From Candidatus Omnitrophota bacterium (GTDB lineage Bacteria; Omnitrophota; Gorgyraeia; JAGLLT01): a stretch of DNA of 64,000 nucleotides. Each line of letters begins with the position of its first letter. The first letter of the stretch is position 1. The stretch lies in assembly GCA_030632085.1 (NCBI GenBank), contig DAOVJY010000001.1, positions 66,125-130,124 on the forward strand, written 5' to 3'. Of the stretch, positions 9,569 through 20,077 are shown one piece after another. The translations under genes were made by a program, and so were the position numbers. Below the pieces are notes generated by a model. It worked only from the letters and a program-made list of their open reading frames with translations, did no database searches and had not been told where the DNA came from.

Positions 9569-10744
9569 TTACTTCTCAAGCAAGGCTATATTCTCCACGT
9601 GCCTCGTATGCGGAAACATATCTACCGGCTGGACAACCTTCAACTTATAACCGACTTCAATAAATAACCTTATATTATCAAACAAACTCTCGGGATTACA
9701 AGAAATATAGAGCACCTTGGGTATATCAAGTTTTATCAGGCTTTCAAATACCTTTCGGCTGATACCGGCCCGGGGCGGATCAATAATAACTTTATTAAAC
9801 TTACCATGAAGCTCTTGCTGATTATCTTTCAAAAAGAACCTGACATCATCATTAATAAATTTCATATTTTTTATAGAGTTTATCCGCGTATTTTCACGGG
9901 CATTCTCAATAGCCCGGCTATTAACTTCAATCCCCGTAACCTCACTAACACTTTTAGCGATATACAGCCCTATGCCGCCTGAGCCGCAAAACAAATCTAA
10001 AACCTTATCTTCTTTTGATGGTTTTAATAGTTTTTTGGCGGCCGCGTAAAGCGCTCTGAGGCAACGTGAATTAGTTTGAAAGAATGTCTGGCTATAAATC
10101 CTGTAGGTTATACGCCCCACCCTTTCCTCAATAAATTCCTTGCCGTATAAAAGCTTTTCTTTCTCAAATTTAACGGCGTCGGCTGATGAATCATTGATTA
10201 CATGATAAATGCCGGTAATTTTATAACCGTTATTTCCGGGCCGTGATAAAGATAGTAATTTTTTGACATATTCCTCTTTCTTAAACCGGCCCTTACCGGT
10301 AGTTACCAGGATAACCATAATTTCTTTTTTAGTAAGGCTCTTTCTTATCAAAAGATATCGCAAATAACCCTTTTGCCTGTAGCGATGATATCCTTTTAAA
10401 TTATTTTTTCTACCAAACTTAAGCGTAACCCTTAAGACATTAATAACCTCGCGGCCCGCTATAAGGCATTCTTTTAATTCAATAACTCGTCTATTTTGCT
10501 TATTACCGTGCAGCCCCAGGCAAAGGCCGCCGTCTTCTTCGGCATAAAAAGTAAATTCCATTTTATTGCGGTAATTATATTTTATCGGTGAGGGAATAAT
10601 TTTCTTAAGGCGTCTTTTAACCGCGACGCCGTACTTACCAGCTCTTTCTTTAATGAGCTTGGTTTTTAGCTGAAGTTGTTTGCGGTAAGTAATATCCTGC
10701 AGCTTACACCCGCCGCAGCGATTGAAGTGCCTGCAGATTTTCAT
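9569..10744 (-). CDS. 23S rRNA (uracil-C5)-methyltransferase, RlmD/RumA family (Fe-S cluster cysteines plus SAM-dependent MTase)
   Basis: N-terminal CRHFNRCGGCKLQ cysteine cluster, DLFCGSGGIGL SAM motif, DPPRAGI and ISCNPESL motifs characteristic of RumA-type methyltransferases. Confidence 0.8.
   Translation of the reverse strand: MKICRHFNRCGGCKLQDITYRKQLQLKTKLIKERAGKYGVAVKRRLKKIIPSPIKYNYRNKMEFTFYAEEDGGLCLGLHGNKQNRRVIELKECLIAGREVINVLRVTLKFGRKNNLKGYHRYRQKGYLRYLLIRKSLTKKEIMVILVTTGKGRFKKEEYVKKLLSLSRPGNNGYKITGIYHVINDSSADAVKFEKEKLLYGKEFIEERVGRITYRIYSQTFFQTNSRCLRALYAAAKKLLKPSKEDKVLDLFCGSGGIGLYIAKSVSEVTGIEVNSRAIENARENTRINSIKNMKFINDDVRFFLKDNQQELHGKFNKVIIDPPRAGISRKVFESLIKLDIPKVLYISCNPESLFDNIRLFIEVGYKLKVVQPVDMFPHTRHVENIALLEK
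10715..10744. repeat. 30-bp direct repeat copy 1 (contains the rlmD-family start codon), CGCAGCGATTGAAGTGCCTGCAGATTTTCAT
   Basis: identical except 1 nt to 12151..12180. Confidence 0.8.
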
Positions 10745-10814
10745 GATTAAAGGATATGCCTCATTCTTTTGAGCTTTAACGCGGAAGTTTAAATAAAGTC
10801 TCTTTTAATATTAA

Positions 10815-11483
10815 TTACACTTTGATTGAATTTTCTATTATTTTACTTTTTAATATCTTAAATTTTTCTTTTTTGTAATATTCTCGTTCTTTTTTTTCCA
10901 GTAAAGAAGCTAATTTTACATTATAATCATTTTTCGTAAGAGAATTTATATTTTTAAGAATATTATCTAATTTTTTTTGTGAAGCATCTAAAACAACGCC
11001 CTTTCTCAGTAAAAATTCAATATCAAATACATCTCTTATTTCTTTTCTATCTAAAAAAGCATCTATCTTTGACTTCATCATATCAGGCAAACTAACAATA
11101 TTTAGAAGAACCTGATTATTTGAATATATGCTGTAAGCAATAGCCTGCTCGACCTGAACCTTTTTGGTTTCCTTTCTTATTTCAATCTTGAGGGAGCGCG
11201 GATAATCTTTAGATTTTAATTCAAAAAGCAAGGTATAAAACTTATCGGCAGCATCTTTCAGCGTGTAAAACTTGCTTAAACAACTGCTTAATTGCTTAAA
11301 CAATTTATCCTGATCTATATTTTCAAATATCCAAAAATCCAAATCTACAGAATATCTATTCAACCCATAGCATAACCTCAACATGGTGCCACCCGTAAAA
11401 ATAATATTATTTAAAAACTTGCCGCTGTTGAGCCTGTCTAAAACTTCTAATTCAAATTGTTCTTGTTTGATTAAATCTTGCAT
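10815..11483 (-). CDS. AbiEii/AbiGii-family nucleotidyltransferase toxin (type IV TA system)
   Basis: GGTMLRLCYGLNRYSVDLDF nucleotidyltransferase core motif typical of AbiEii (DUF1814). Confidence 0.7.
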   Translation of the reverse strand: MQDLIKQEQFELEVLDRLNSGKFLNNIIFTGGTMLRLCYGLNRYSVDLDFWIFENIDQDKLFKQLSSCLSKFYTLKDAADKFYTLLFELKSKDYPRSLKIEIRKETKKVQVEQAIAYSIYSNNQVLLNIVSLPDMMKSKIDAFLDRKEIRDVFDIEFLLRKGVVLDASQKKLDNILKNINSLTKNDYNVKLASLLEKKEREYYKKEKFKILKSKIIENSIKV

Positions 11484-12058
11484 ATTCTTTTTACCGCGTT
11501 TTTAGTTTTTTGAGGAAAGGCCTTTATAATTTCTGATATTTCATCTTTATCTAACGCGTCAATGTTTATTGAACTTAAATCTATTTTGTATTTCCCAAAT
11601 GAATAAAGGTAAACTATATCCACAAAAGCCTTTTCCTTGGTGGCAATAAAAAAATTATTCTTCTTCTTAAAGCTAAAATAAAACTCTTTCTTTATCTTAT
11701 AAAAATTGAAAGATACTTGCCCTTTTCTAAACTTCACAGAACGTTTTAATCCCGCGCTTTCATAAAAATTTCGTAAAACCTGTGTGGTTATTTCATATGC
11801 TGATAAAGCGGTCATAAAAGAGATATACGAAGGAACCTGTAGAAAATTTGATAGCTGAAAGAAATCTTCATTAGAAAGATTTTCCCAGTTTTGCTCTAAA
11901 ATATAAAAGTTTTTTTTTAATCTAATAAATATACCTTTTTTGACATAGCGATTACATAATACATAAGCAGATGCCAGCTTAATATCAAAAGCGGAAGCTG
12001 CATCCTCAATTGTAAAATAGAGTTTTTCTTTGAGTTTTGATAACTTCGAATAATCCAT
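11471..12058 (-). CDS. AbiEi-family antitoxin/transcriptional regulator
   Basis: 195-aa ORF overlapping the downstream AbiEii gene by 13 nt; same architecture as the AbiEi/AbiEii pair at 28002..29455. Confidence 0.55.
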   Translation of the reverse strand: MDYSKLSKLKEKLYFTIEDAASAFDIKLASAYVLCNRYVKKGIFIRLKKNFYILEQNWENLSNEDFFQLSNFLQVPSYISFMTALSAYEITTQVLRNFYESAGLKRSVKFRKGQVSFNFYKIKKEFYFSFKKKNNFFIATKEKAFVDIVYLYSFGKYKIDLSSINIDALDKDEISEIIKAFPQKTKNAVKRICKI

Positions 12059-12072
12059 ATCAAGAACACATC

Positions 12073-12090
12073 CTTAACATTTATGTTAAG
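12073..12090. promoter_or_regulatory. inverted repeat CTTAACAT-TT-ATGTTAAG upstream of AbiEi, candidate autoregulatory operator
   Basis: perfect 8-bp arms 15-32 nt upstream of the AbiEi start, adjacent to TATATA. Confidence 0.35.
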
Positions 12091-12150
12091 TATATACCCT
12101 TAAGACTAAAATGTCAAGCAAAAAAGTCGATAAATTTCAATTCTTCTTCC

Positions 12151-12180
12151 GCAGCGATTGAAGTGCCTGCGGATTTTCAT
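12151..12180. repeat. 30-bp direct repeat copy 2 (duplicated 5' end of rlmD-family gene, reads ATGAAAATCCGCAGGCACTTCAATCGCTGCGG on minus strand)
   Basis: matches 10715..10744 with one A/G difference; lies immediately downstream of era stop. Confidence 0.8.
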
Positions 12181-12181
12181 T

Positions 12182-13099
12182 TTATAGAATATACCCCAGT
12201 TCCCTTAAGGTCTCCATGTCTTTCTGCCAATTTTCCTGGACCTTAACCCAGAGATCAAGATAAATTCTCTTTGAGAAAACTTTCTCTAATTCCAGGCGGG
12301 CTTCCCGGCCAACTTCTTTTAAAATATTAGCTTTTTTACCGATAACGATAGCCTTCTGGGATTTGCGCTCAACTATAATCGTCGCCTGAATAAATAAAAC
12401 CTTATTTTGCCGTTCTTCAATATTATCCACCTTAACGGCTACTGAATGTGGAATTTCTTTCTTCATATGAGTGAATATTTTCTCCCTTATAACGTCAGAG
12501 ATGAAAAGTTTATCAGGCAAATCGCTATCCACATCCGGCGGATAAAATGGTTTCGAAGGCGGCAGATATTCAAAGATGGCATTTAAAACTTTATCCAGTC
12601 CTTTTTTCTCTAAGGCGGAAATAGGTATATAGTATTTTAAAGGGTCATTATGTTTACCAACGGCTTCCTTCCAGAGGCATATATAATCATCGGCATACGT
12701 TTGCCCCAAATCTCTTTTATTTAAAACCATGATAACCGGCTTTTTCAATTCCCATAACTGGCTTAAGACTTCTTCTTCCTCTCTGCCCGGGTGCCGGCTT
12801 AAATCAACCATATATAAAACTATATCGGCTTCATCTTTAGCTGAAAAACTCCTGGAAGATAAGAATTTCATAAGGTGTTTATTGGATAAATATATCCCCG
12901 GTGTATCTACAAAGACAATCTGGCCCCTGGAATCATTAAAAATTCCCCTTATGGAAAACCTGGTTGTTTGCGGCACACGAGAAATAATGCTTACTTTTTT
13001 GCCTAAGACATTATTTAAAAAGGTCGACTTACCTACGTTGGGCCTGCCGACTAAGACCGCGAAACCGGCTTTTGCTTTTGGTTTATTCATCGTTTTCAC
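12182..13099 (-). CDS. era: GTPase Era
   Basis: GFAVLVGRPNVGKSTFLN P-loop, DTPG, NKRD motifs and C-terminal KH domain. Confidence 0.9.
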   Translation of the reverse strand: MKTMNKPKAKAGFAVLVGRPNVGKSTFLNNVLGKKVSIISRVPQTTRFSIRGIFNDSRGQIVFVDTPGIYLSNKHLMKFLSSRSFSAKDEADIVLYMVDLSRHPGREEEEVLSQLWELKKPVIMVLNKRDLGQTYADDYICLWKEAVGKHNDPLKYYIPISALEKKGLDKVLNAIFEYLPPSKPFYPPDVDSDLPDKLFISDVIREKIFTHMKKEIPHSVAVKVDNIEERQNKVLFIQATIIVERKSQKAIVIGKKANILKEVGREARLELEKVFSKRIYLDLWVKVQENWQKDMETLRELGYIL

Positions 13100-13724
13100 T
13101 ATTGATCTTTCTATTTAAGCTGCTTATGTATAAAGTAATTATAATAAATTGTTTGGCTTCATTGTAATGAATTATTATATTATCTTCAAGTTTGCCCTTC
13201 TTGATCCTACGCCAGTTGGTAATCCGCTCATCACAAATAGGCATCTGCCCATAGGCTCCGCCGAAGGTAAAGTAAAAATCGTTATTTTTCTTTAAAAAAA
13301 CAAGAACCTCGTCACACAACTCATAAGCCGACTTGCGTTTTGCGGGCGCGTTATCTTCTCTGGCATAAACACTTATAACTTCAGAGGCACAACTGCCTTT
13401 TATAATCTCCTTTATCTTTAAAAGGGATAATTGGTAATATGTGACATTGTTAAACTTAAAACAAACCGGCCGGCTGGAAACCACCTCCGCCCTGGCTATT
13501 AAATCGGCACCTCTGGTAAGCTCTTCAACGCTTAACATATTTTCCGGCACTTCATTTACAAAGGTCATTCCCCAGGTTACACCGACACCGTCCGCAGAGC
13601 TGGCCGATAAATTACCTCCGGTAGTAGCCGCGCAGCCTAAACACAAAAAAAGCAGCCCCAAAAACGCCACTAAAACTTTAAACAAACAAGCTGAATAAAT
13701 ATTATCTATCTTCCTCATAAACAC
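13083..13724 (-). CDS. hypothetical secreted protein
   Basis: 213-aa ORF with N-terminal signal-like hydrophobic segment; no motif recognised. Confidence 0.45.
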   Translation of the reverse strand: MFMRKIDNIYSACLFKVLVAFLGLLFLCLGCAATTGGNLSASSADGVGVTWGMTFVNEVPENMLSVEELTRGADLIARAEVVSSRPVCFKFNNVTYYQLSLLKIKEIIKGSCASEVISVYAREDNAPAKRKSAYELCDEVLVFLKKNNDFYFTFGGAYGQMPICDERITNWRRIKKGKLEDNIIIHYNEAKQFIIITLYISSLNRKINSENDE

Positions 13725-14487
13725 TCATTAAATCCAGGTAATCATCATAATAAAGCTCTCCTGATATTTCTCTCCTAATTAATGCCTGGCGCATATCATG
13801 CGGCGGATGGCTCCTAAAATAAGTATAAACCCTGGATGATCTTTTCTTATCAAGTTCAGCCAGTTTATCCAACATAGAAAGTGCCGCTTTAGGATCATAT
13901 CCGGCCCGGGTCATATACCTAACCGATAATTTATCAGCTTCTTTCTCATATTCCCTTGAATACTGCATCATAAGGGATATATATGTAAAATTACTGCCTC
14001 TATGATAACCTCTATCGGTATTGCCAATCATCGCGAGAGCGCTTAAAAATGTATAAAGATATTCACCCTGCAGCTGCTTCATAGAATGCCTGGCGGCTAC
14101 GTGGCCGACCTCATGGGCAACAACCGCCGCAATCTCGTCATCCGAATCAGCCGCCTCCACCAAGCCGCTGCTGAGATATACATAACCACCCGGAAGAGCT
14201 AAAGCGTTAACCTCTTTATCATCAATAACGGCAAAATGGTACTGTAGGTCGTCTCTATCGGAAACCCGGGCAATTTTCGCTCCAATATCCTTCACCCTTT
14301 TTTGAACTTCTTCGTCTTCACATAAGCCGTATTTTTTCTCAATTTTCTTTGAAATCTTCTTGCCCAGACGCACTTCTTTCGCGGTTGAATACAATATACG
14401 CTCGTGCTGATGAGTAGCCGTATTATATTGAGTTGCCATACATCCCGAGAGACACATAAATAAAATGAAAAATACATATTTTTTCAT
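13702..14487 (-). CDS. M48 family zinc metalloprotease lipoprotein (BepA/YcaL-like)
   Basis: lipobox LSGC; HEVGHVAARH zinc-binding HExxH motif. Confidence 0.8.
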   Translation of the reverse strand: MKKYVFFILFMCLSGCMATQYNTATHQHERILYSTAKEVRLGKKISKKIEKKYGLCEDEEVQKRVKDIGAKIARVSDRDDLQYHFAVIDDKEVNALALPGGYVYLSSGLVEAADSDDEIAAVVAHEVGHVAARHSMKQLQGEYLYTFLSALAMIGNTDRGYHRGSNFTYISLMMQYSREYEKEADKLSVRYMTRAGYDPKAALSMLDKLAELDKKRSSRVYTYFRSHPPHDMRQALIRREISGELYYDDYLDLMSVYEEDR

Positions 14488-14526
14488 AGGAGTTATTATA
14501 CCACATTAATCAATAGCATAAAGGAA

Positions 14527-16581
14527 TTATATGAAAGGCTTTATATAATATTTAAACAGCTTTTTATGAGCTGAGCTTTCTATAAATTCAGGCTCGCGAA
14601 ACAAGTCAAACGCGTCTTTCCTTGCTTTTTTTAAAACAGCTTCATCTTTTATTAAGTCAGCTATTTTTAAGTCATTAAAACCGTGCTGCCTGAGTCCGAA
14701 AAATTCTCCCGGCCCCCTGATCATTAAATCCTCTTCGGCTATCTTAAAACCCGAGGAAACCTTAGACATAATCCCCAGGCGCCTTTTGGCAACATCATTT
14801 AAGGCGGATGAAACCAGAATGCAGTAAGACTCATAAGGCCCCCTGCCGATACGGCCCCGAAGCTGGTGCAGCTGGCTTAAACCAAAGCGCTCGGCATGCT
14901 CAATAAGCATAACTGAGGCATTAGCAACATCAATACCAACTTCAATAACTATAGTTGATATTAAGATATCAATTTTATTATTTTTAAACTTAAGCATAAC
15001 TTTATCTTTTTCATCCGCTTTCATTTGCCCATGCAAAAGCCCTACTTTATATTTGCTGAAAATATCCTTTTTAAGATGTTCATACATTTCTTTGGCGGCT
15101 TTAAGTTCGAGTTTTTTAGATTTTTCCACTAAAGGATAAACAATATATGCCTGCCTGCCCTTTTTTATCTCTTGCTTAATAAAATCGTATGCCCCGTCAA
15201 TTTTCTTTTTAGTTACCCACCAGGTGGTAATTTTCTTTCTACCGGAGGGAAGTTCATCAATTACGGAAACATCTAAGTCTCCATATATACTATAAGTGAG
15301 AGTTCTGGGAATAGGGGTAGCGGTCATAATCAACATATCGGGGTTCTGGCCTTTTTTAAATAAAATGTCTCTTTGAATAACGCCGAATTTATGCTGTTCA
15401 TCTATAATTACCAGGCCCAGCTTCTTAAAAACAACACTTTCTTGAATGAGGGCGTGTGTACCGATAATAATATCTATCTTATGATTTTTTATTTTATCTA
15501 TTAACTCACTTTTTTCTTTTTTCTTTCTCTGGGAGATTAAAAGGCCAATACTAATTTTAAACCCTTTCATTAAGCGTTTAAAGGTCCTATAGTGCTGCTC
15601 GGCCAATACTTCCGTAGGCGCCATCAGAGCCGCTTGATAGCCGGCTGATAAAGCATAAAGCGCGCTTATTAAAGCTACAACCGTCTTGCCCGAACCAACA
15701 TCGCCCTGTAAGAGCCTGCGCATACTCCGGGGCTTTATTAAATCATCTCTTATCTCGGCAATAACTTTCTTCTGGGCTTGAGTTAGTTCAAAAGGCAACT
15801 TTTTAATAAAATCATCTACCAACGGTTTTTTAAAACTGAATTCTATGCCGGTGCGTACATACTTGTCATTATGCTTTTTTGAAGCCATTACCAACTGTAA
15901 TCCGAAAAACTCTTCATAAATCAGCCTTTTCCTTGCCGCGATGACAGAATCATTACTTTCAGGAAAATGAATATCGTTAATAGCTTTATTAATATTTATA
16001 AAGCCGTATCTTTTTTTAAGGTTTTCAGGTAGGTTATCTTCTAGAACTTCCGCGAATTCATTTACAGCGTTAAAACTAATCTTTCTTAAAACTCGCTGAC
16101 TGATACCTTTGCTCAGGCCGTAGATTGGAACTATTCTTTTGGTGTGCAGCGTATCTTCGGGGGCCTCATCTTCAGGAATTAACTCATATTCAGGATTAAT
16201 TACCTGCAATCCGTTTCTTTTTAAAATCTTACCGTAAATAATCAACCGCTCACCAACTTTAAAATTATCCTTTAAATACGGCTGATTAAACCAAACGGCG
16301 TTTATCCGGCCGCCCTCATCACCCAGGGCCATTTGAAAAATAGAGAGTTTATTGCGTGCCCTGCGTGAGCCTTTAGCTAATATTTCAGCCTCAAACGACT
16401 GCGGCCGCCCTTCTTTTAAATCTTTGATTTTTTTTAAGCGGCGTCTATCTTCATATCTGTAAGGAAAATAATAAAGCAGGTCTTTTAAATTGTATATACC
16501 CAGTTGATTCAGAATTTTGAATTTTCCGGGGCCTACTCCTTTGACAAATCGCGCGGAGGTTAAAAATGGATCTAGTTTCAT
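14527..16581 (-). CDS. recG: ATP-dependent DNA helicase RecG
   Basis: 684 aa; N-terminal wedge/OB region, GDVGSGKT Walker A, DEQH box, helicase C motifs QLHQLRGRIGRG. Confidence 0.9.
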   Translation of the reverse strand: MKLDPFLTSARFVKGVGPGKFKILNQLGIYNLKDLLYYFPYRYEDRRRLKKIKDLKEGRPQSFEAEILAKGSRRARNKLSIFQMALGDEGGRINAVWFNQPYLKDNFKVGERLIIYGKILKRNGLQVINPEYELIPEDEAPEDTLHTKRIVPIYGLSKGISQRVLRKISFNAVNEFAEVLEDNLPENLKKRYGFININKAINDIHFPESNDSVIAARKRLIYEEFFGLQLVMASKKHNDKYVRTGIEFSFKKPLVDDFIKKLPFELTQAQKKVIAEIRDDLIKPRSMRRLLQGDVGSGKTVVALISALYALSAGYQAALMAPTEVLAEQHYRTFKRLMKGFKISIGLLISQRKKKEKSELIDKIKNHKIDIIIGTHALIQESVVFKKLGLVIIDEQHKFGVIQRDILFKKGQNPDMLIMTATPIPRTLTYSIYGDLDVSVIDELPSGRKKITTWWVTKKKIDGAYDFIKQEIKKGRQAYIVYPLVEKSKKLELKAAKEMYEHLKKDIFSKYKVGLLHGQMKADEKDKVMLKFKNNKIDILISTIVIEVGIDVANASVMLIEHAERFGLSQLHQLRGRIGRGPYESYCILVSSALNDVAKRRLGIMSKVSSGFKIAEEDLMIRGPGEFFGLRQHGFNDLKIADLIKDEAVLKKARKDAFDLFREPEFIESSAHKKLFKYYIKPFI

Positions 16582-16599
16582 GATAGGACAATTTGAAGA

Positions 16600-17268
16600 T
16601 TAGTGATTTTTAAAATCATCTAGCGGTAATTTCTCATCAAAGCTAAGGCCCATTCTCCAAGTGTTTCCTTCCTCCTGGCGAGCCCAGAGTACTTTACCCT
16701 TAATCAAAATTATTTTATTCGTACCCATAACACCCATACGCACTTCCACCGGTGTATCCATAGGAAATAGCTGCTCACTAAATAATTGCATACTATCACT
16801 GCTTAAATTAGCGGATATACCAACGTAGCCTTGCTTGCTGCCCTGTTTTCTTATATCAATCTGAAAAAGGCGGTTATACCTATCACCTCTCCTCTTACCT
16901 TCAATCATATTTGGTTTAATATAATATTTATTGATAGCATTTTGAGGTTCATCAAACTTTATACCGGCCTTCCAGATGCCGGTCTTGGTTCTCTCTGCCC
17001 GCTCCACAACACCTTTTAAAACTATCTCTCCTTCGGTCCCGGGCAAAATAAGACGGATACCCACAGGAGCATCCGCTTCTAATTCTTCTTCTGTAAAAAT
17101 TTCCATACCTTCGGAAGCAAGTTTAGATATACCTAAACCTCCAACACTGATGTCACCTGAAATCAAGCTTAATATGCGGTGGTTTAGAAAATTTTCAACT
17201 TCAACCTGGAACTTTAACCTAAGTCTTTTGAATTTTCTTTTTTCCGGATATTCATTCTTTTCAATCAT
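16600..17268 (-). CDS. PilZ domain protein (tandem PilZ-like halves)
   Basis: RKFKRLRLKF ... DISVGGLGI motifs in first half; second half has a similar beta-barrel-like segment. Confidence 0.6.
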   Translation of the reverse strand: MIEKNEYPEKRKFKRLRLKFQVEVENFLNHRILSLISGDISVGGLGISKLASEGMEIFTEEELEADAPVGIRLILPGTEGEIVLKGVVERAERTKTGIWKAGIKFDEPQNAINKYYIKPNMIEGKRRGDRYNRLFQIDIRKQGSKQGYVGISANLSSDSMQLFSEQLFPMDTPVEVRMGVMGTNKIILIKGKVLWARQEEGNTWRMGLSFDEKLPLDDFKNH

Positions 17269-17462
17269 ACGTATACCTCACATAAATATTATACCACCCC
17301 CGGCTTACTTATCAAGAAATTATTTTTTTAACCATGTCTTTGAGATAATTTAAAGATACTCTTAAAGTATTTAAACAATTTTATATCTTTTAAAACGTAT
17401 TGAATTTTTGGTTATTTAGTGATAAACTATTTACTACACTTTAATAACCTTAAAAGGAGAAA

Positions 17463-20051
17463 ATGATGTATAAAAAGTTAAATAACAAATGGATGGTATT
17501 AGTTTTCTTGTTGCTCTTAAGCTGTTTCGCGCTCTCAGCCTGCGGAGTCAATAAAGAGAAACAGGCCGGGCAATTCTATGATTCAGGCAATAATTACCTT
17601 AAGAACAATAAGGTAGCTGAGGCGGTTATTAGTTTTAAAAACTCTTTGCAGCTTAATCCGGAATATATTGAAGCCCGCTATAAGCTGGCTGCCTGCTATA
17701 CGGCACAAGGTAAATATGAAGCCGCCGCTAAAGAACTCCGGACATCTCTCGAAATCAGCCCGAAAAATACAACCGTCAAGTTGGAATTGGCCAGAATAAT
17801 GCTTTTACTTAATAACACTGAAGAAGCCGGTAAACTAGCTACGGATGTGATTGAATCCAACCCGCTTGAAGCCAAATCCTATTTACTTCTAGCACAGGTT
17901 AATATAGCTCAAAAAAACTACGAAAAAGCCCTTGAGAATGCTGATTCCGCCATGAAACTCGATCCTAAACTTATAGACGCTCCTTTAATTAAAGCGGCTA
18001 TCTATATTCAAATAGGAAAACAAAAAGAGGCGCTTGATGTCATAAAGAACGCTTCAAAGTCTAATCCGGACAATGCGCTTTTACATCTGCAATTAGGCCA
18101 AATTTATTCCGCCCAGCTAAACTTAGATAATGCTCTTGAAGAATATAAGAAGGCTATTAAAATCAAACCTGACTTAACGGCGGCTAAAATAGCTCTTGCT
18201 AATACATATTTAATAAAGAACATGCCTGATGAAGCCCTAAAAATTGGAGAAGAGCTTAAATCAAAAAATATAAATAATCTGGCTGTCAGTTATATAATTG
18301 GTACTTCTTGCCTGCAAAAAGGTGATTATAAAGAAGCCGGTGAGGAGTTCTATAGGATTATTGAGAAAAATCCCAAGCTGGACCAGGTGCACTTTAACCT
18401 GGCAGTCTGCCTTGAGGCTCAAGGCAAAACCGAACAAGCGCTAAACCACCTTAAAGAAGCGCTGAATCTTAACCCTAAAAACATTAATGCCCTCTTTGAA
18501 ATAGGATTGATTTACTTAAAGAAAACGGAGTTTGAACAATCTCTGATAAAAGCCAATAAAATCATTGAATATTATCCAAAAAGCGCGGCCGGTTATGACT
18601 TAAAGGGCAGAATTTACATGCTTCAGGGTAAATTAAATGACGCGCGGTTGAATATTGAAAAAGCTGTTAATCTTAATCCTGATTCAGTTACCGGCCATAT
18701 CAGTTTGGCCGGAATATACATCGCCCAGGGCAATATAGATAAATCTAAAAAAGAAGCTAAAAAAGCCCTAAGCTTAAGCCCGGATAACGCGGAAGTTAAT
18801 AATCTCTACGGCAGTGTTTTGGCCGCGGCTGAAGAATATGATAATGCCATTGGATATTTTGAGAAATCTATTAAGATTAATAAAGAGTATCTTAGCCCTT
18901 ATTTCTCATTAGCCCGCGTTTATCTTCTTCAGGAAAAATACAAAAAAGCTGAAAATGAATTTAAGAAGGTTTTAAAAATAGCCCCCAAGAACATAGATGC
19001 CCGATTAGGCATGGCAACCGTTTATGGAATTCAAGGCCATACCGATAAAACAACCAGAGAACTTGAAAATATTTTATCGGATAATCCCGACCTAAGCCCT
19101 ATTCAGCTTAACTTAGGTAAGATTTACACTCAAGCGGGTAAATATAAAGAATCTGAAAGTCTCGCTAAGAAAATTATCCAAAAAGACCCCGGTAATATCC
19201 TGGGTTATTATATTCTGGGTAATACTTATTTAGCTCAGGATATGTTTGATAAAGCGATAGAACAGTTTGAAACCGTAACCACGCTTGTACCTGAAGATAT
19301 CGGAGCGCATTATAATTTAGGCGGTGTTTACGCGGCCAGCGGTAATTTTGCCAGAGCCAGAAGCGAATACAAAAGAGCGCTTGAGATAAACGAGAACTTT
19401 AACCCCGCCAACCTGGCTTTAGCTAATATATATATTCAGGAAAATAAATATGACAGCGCCAAAAAGATATACACCGCCCTCTTAGCAAAACACCCTGATA
19501 ATTTATATGTCCTACTGCAGCTGGGGTCTGTTAATATTAATCAAAATAATGCCGCTCAAGCCCTGAAACTCTTTACCAGAGCGCTGGATCTTGCCCCTGA
19601 GTCGGTTTCAGTTAAGATGAACCTGGCGCTAGCCTACGATTTATCGGGTGATAAAGATAATGCTATAAACGCGTATAAAGAGGTTATCAATCTCTCCCCT
19701 GAACACTCCTTCGCTTATAACAACCTGGCCTGGCTTTATCAGGAAAAGGGTTTACTTGATAAAGCACTCCTAAATGCTAAAAAAGCGGAAAAAATTAACG
19801 ATAAAGAAGCGGCCATTAAAGACACCTTGGGCTGGATTTACTTTAAGATGGATAAATTAAGAGAAGCTGCCGGCTACATCTCCAAAGCCATAGAGTTAAA
19901 ACCTGACGACGACACAATTAATTATCATATGGCTGAGGTATATTTCAAGCAAAATAAAAAAGATAAGGCTCTTTCCTATGTCAGAAAAGCCCTTGCGATA
20001 AATCCGGATTCAACCGAGGCAAAAAATTTACTTACCAAGCTGCACCAGTAA
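17463..20051 (+). CDS. TPR-repeat lipoprotein, PrsT-like (PEP-CTERM system TPR-repeat lipoprotein)
   Basis: 862 aa, lipobox LSAC, about 20 consecutive TPR units; size and architecture of TIGR02917-type PrsT; located next to PEP-CTERM genes. Confidence 0.65.
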   Translation: MMYKKLNNKWMVLVFLLLLSCFALSACGVNKEKQAGQFYDSGNNYLKNNKVAEAVISFKNSLQLNPEYIEARYKLAACYTAQGKYEAAAKELRTSLEISPKNTTVKLELARIMLLLNNTEEAGKLATDVIESNPLEAKSYLLLAQVNIAQKNYEKALENADSAMKLDPKLIDAPLIKAAIYIQIGKQKEALDVIKNASKSNPDNALLHLQLGQIYSAQLNLDNALEEYKKAIKIKPDLTAAKIALANTYLIKNMPDEALKIGEELKSKNINNLAVSYIIGTSCLQKGDYKEAGEEFYRIIEKNPKLDQVHFNLAVCLEAQGKTEQALNHLKEALNLNPKNINALFEIGLIYLKKTEFEQSLIKANKIIEYYPKSAAGYDLKGRIYMLQGKLNDARLNIEKAVNLNPDSVTGHISLAGIYIAQGNIDKSKKEAKKALSLSPDNAEVNNLYGSVLAAAEEYDNAIGYFEKSIKINKEYLSPYFSLARVYLLQEKYKKAENEFKKVLKIAPKNIDARLGMATVYGIQGHTDKTTRELENILSDNPDLSPIQLNLGKIYTQAGKYKESESLAKKIIQKDPGNILGYYILGNTYLAQDMFDKAIEQFETVTTLVPEDIGAHYNLGGVYAASGNFARARSEYKRALEINENFNPANLALANIYIQENKYDSAKKIYTALLAKHPDNLYVLLQLGSVNINQNNAAQALKLFTRALDLAPESVSVKMNLALAYDLSGDKDNAINAYKEVINLSPEHSFAYNNLAWLYQEKGLLDKALLNAKKAEKINDKEAAIKDTLGWIYFKMDKLREAAGYISKAIELKPDDDTINYHMAEVYFKQNKKDKALSYVRKALAINPDSTEAKNLLTKLHQ

Positions 20052-20077
20052 ATAAAAAAACTATATCCACTAATAAA

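Larger units (their letters stand above)
10745..12150. mobile_element. inserted AbiEi/AbiEii toxin-antitoxin cassette bounded by 30-bp direct duplication
   Basis: 1.4-kb segment carrying two genes, flanked by 10715..10744 and 12151..12180 repeats; era stop codon abuts the second repeat exactly as it would abut the rlmD start. Confidence 0.5.
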
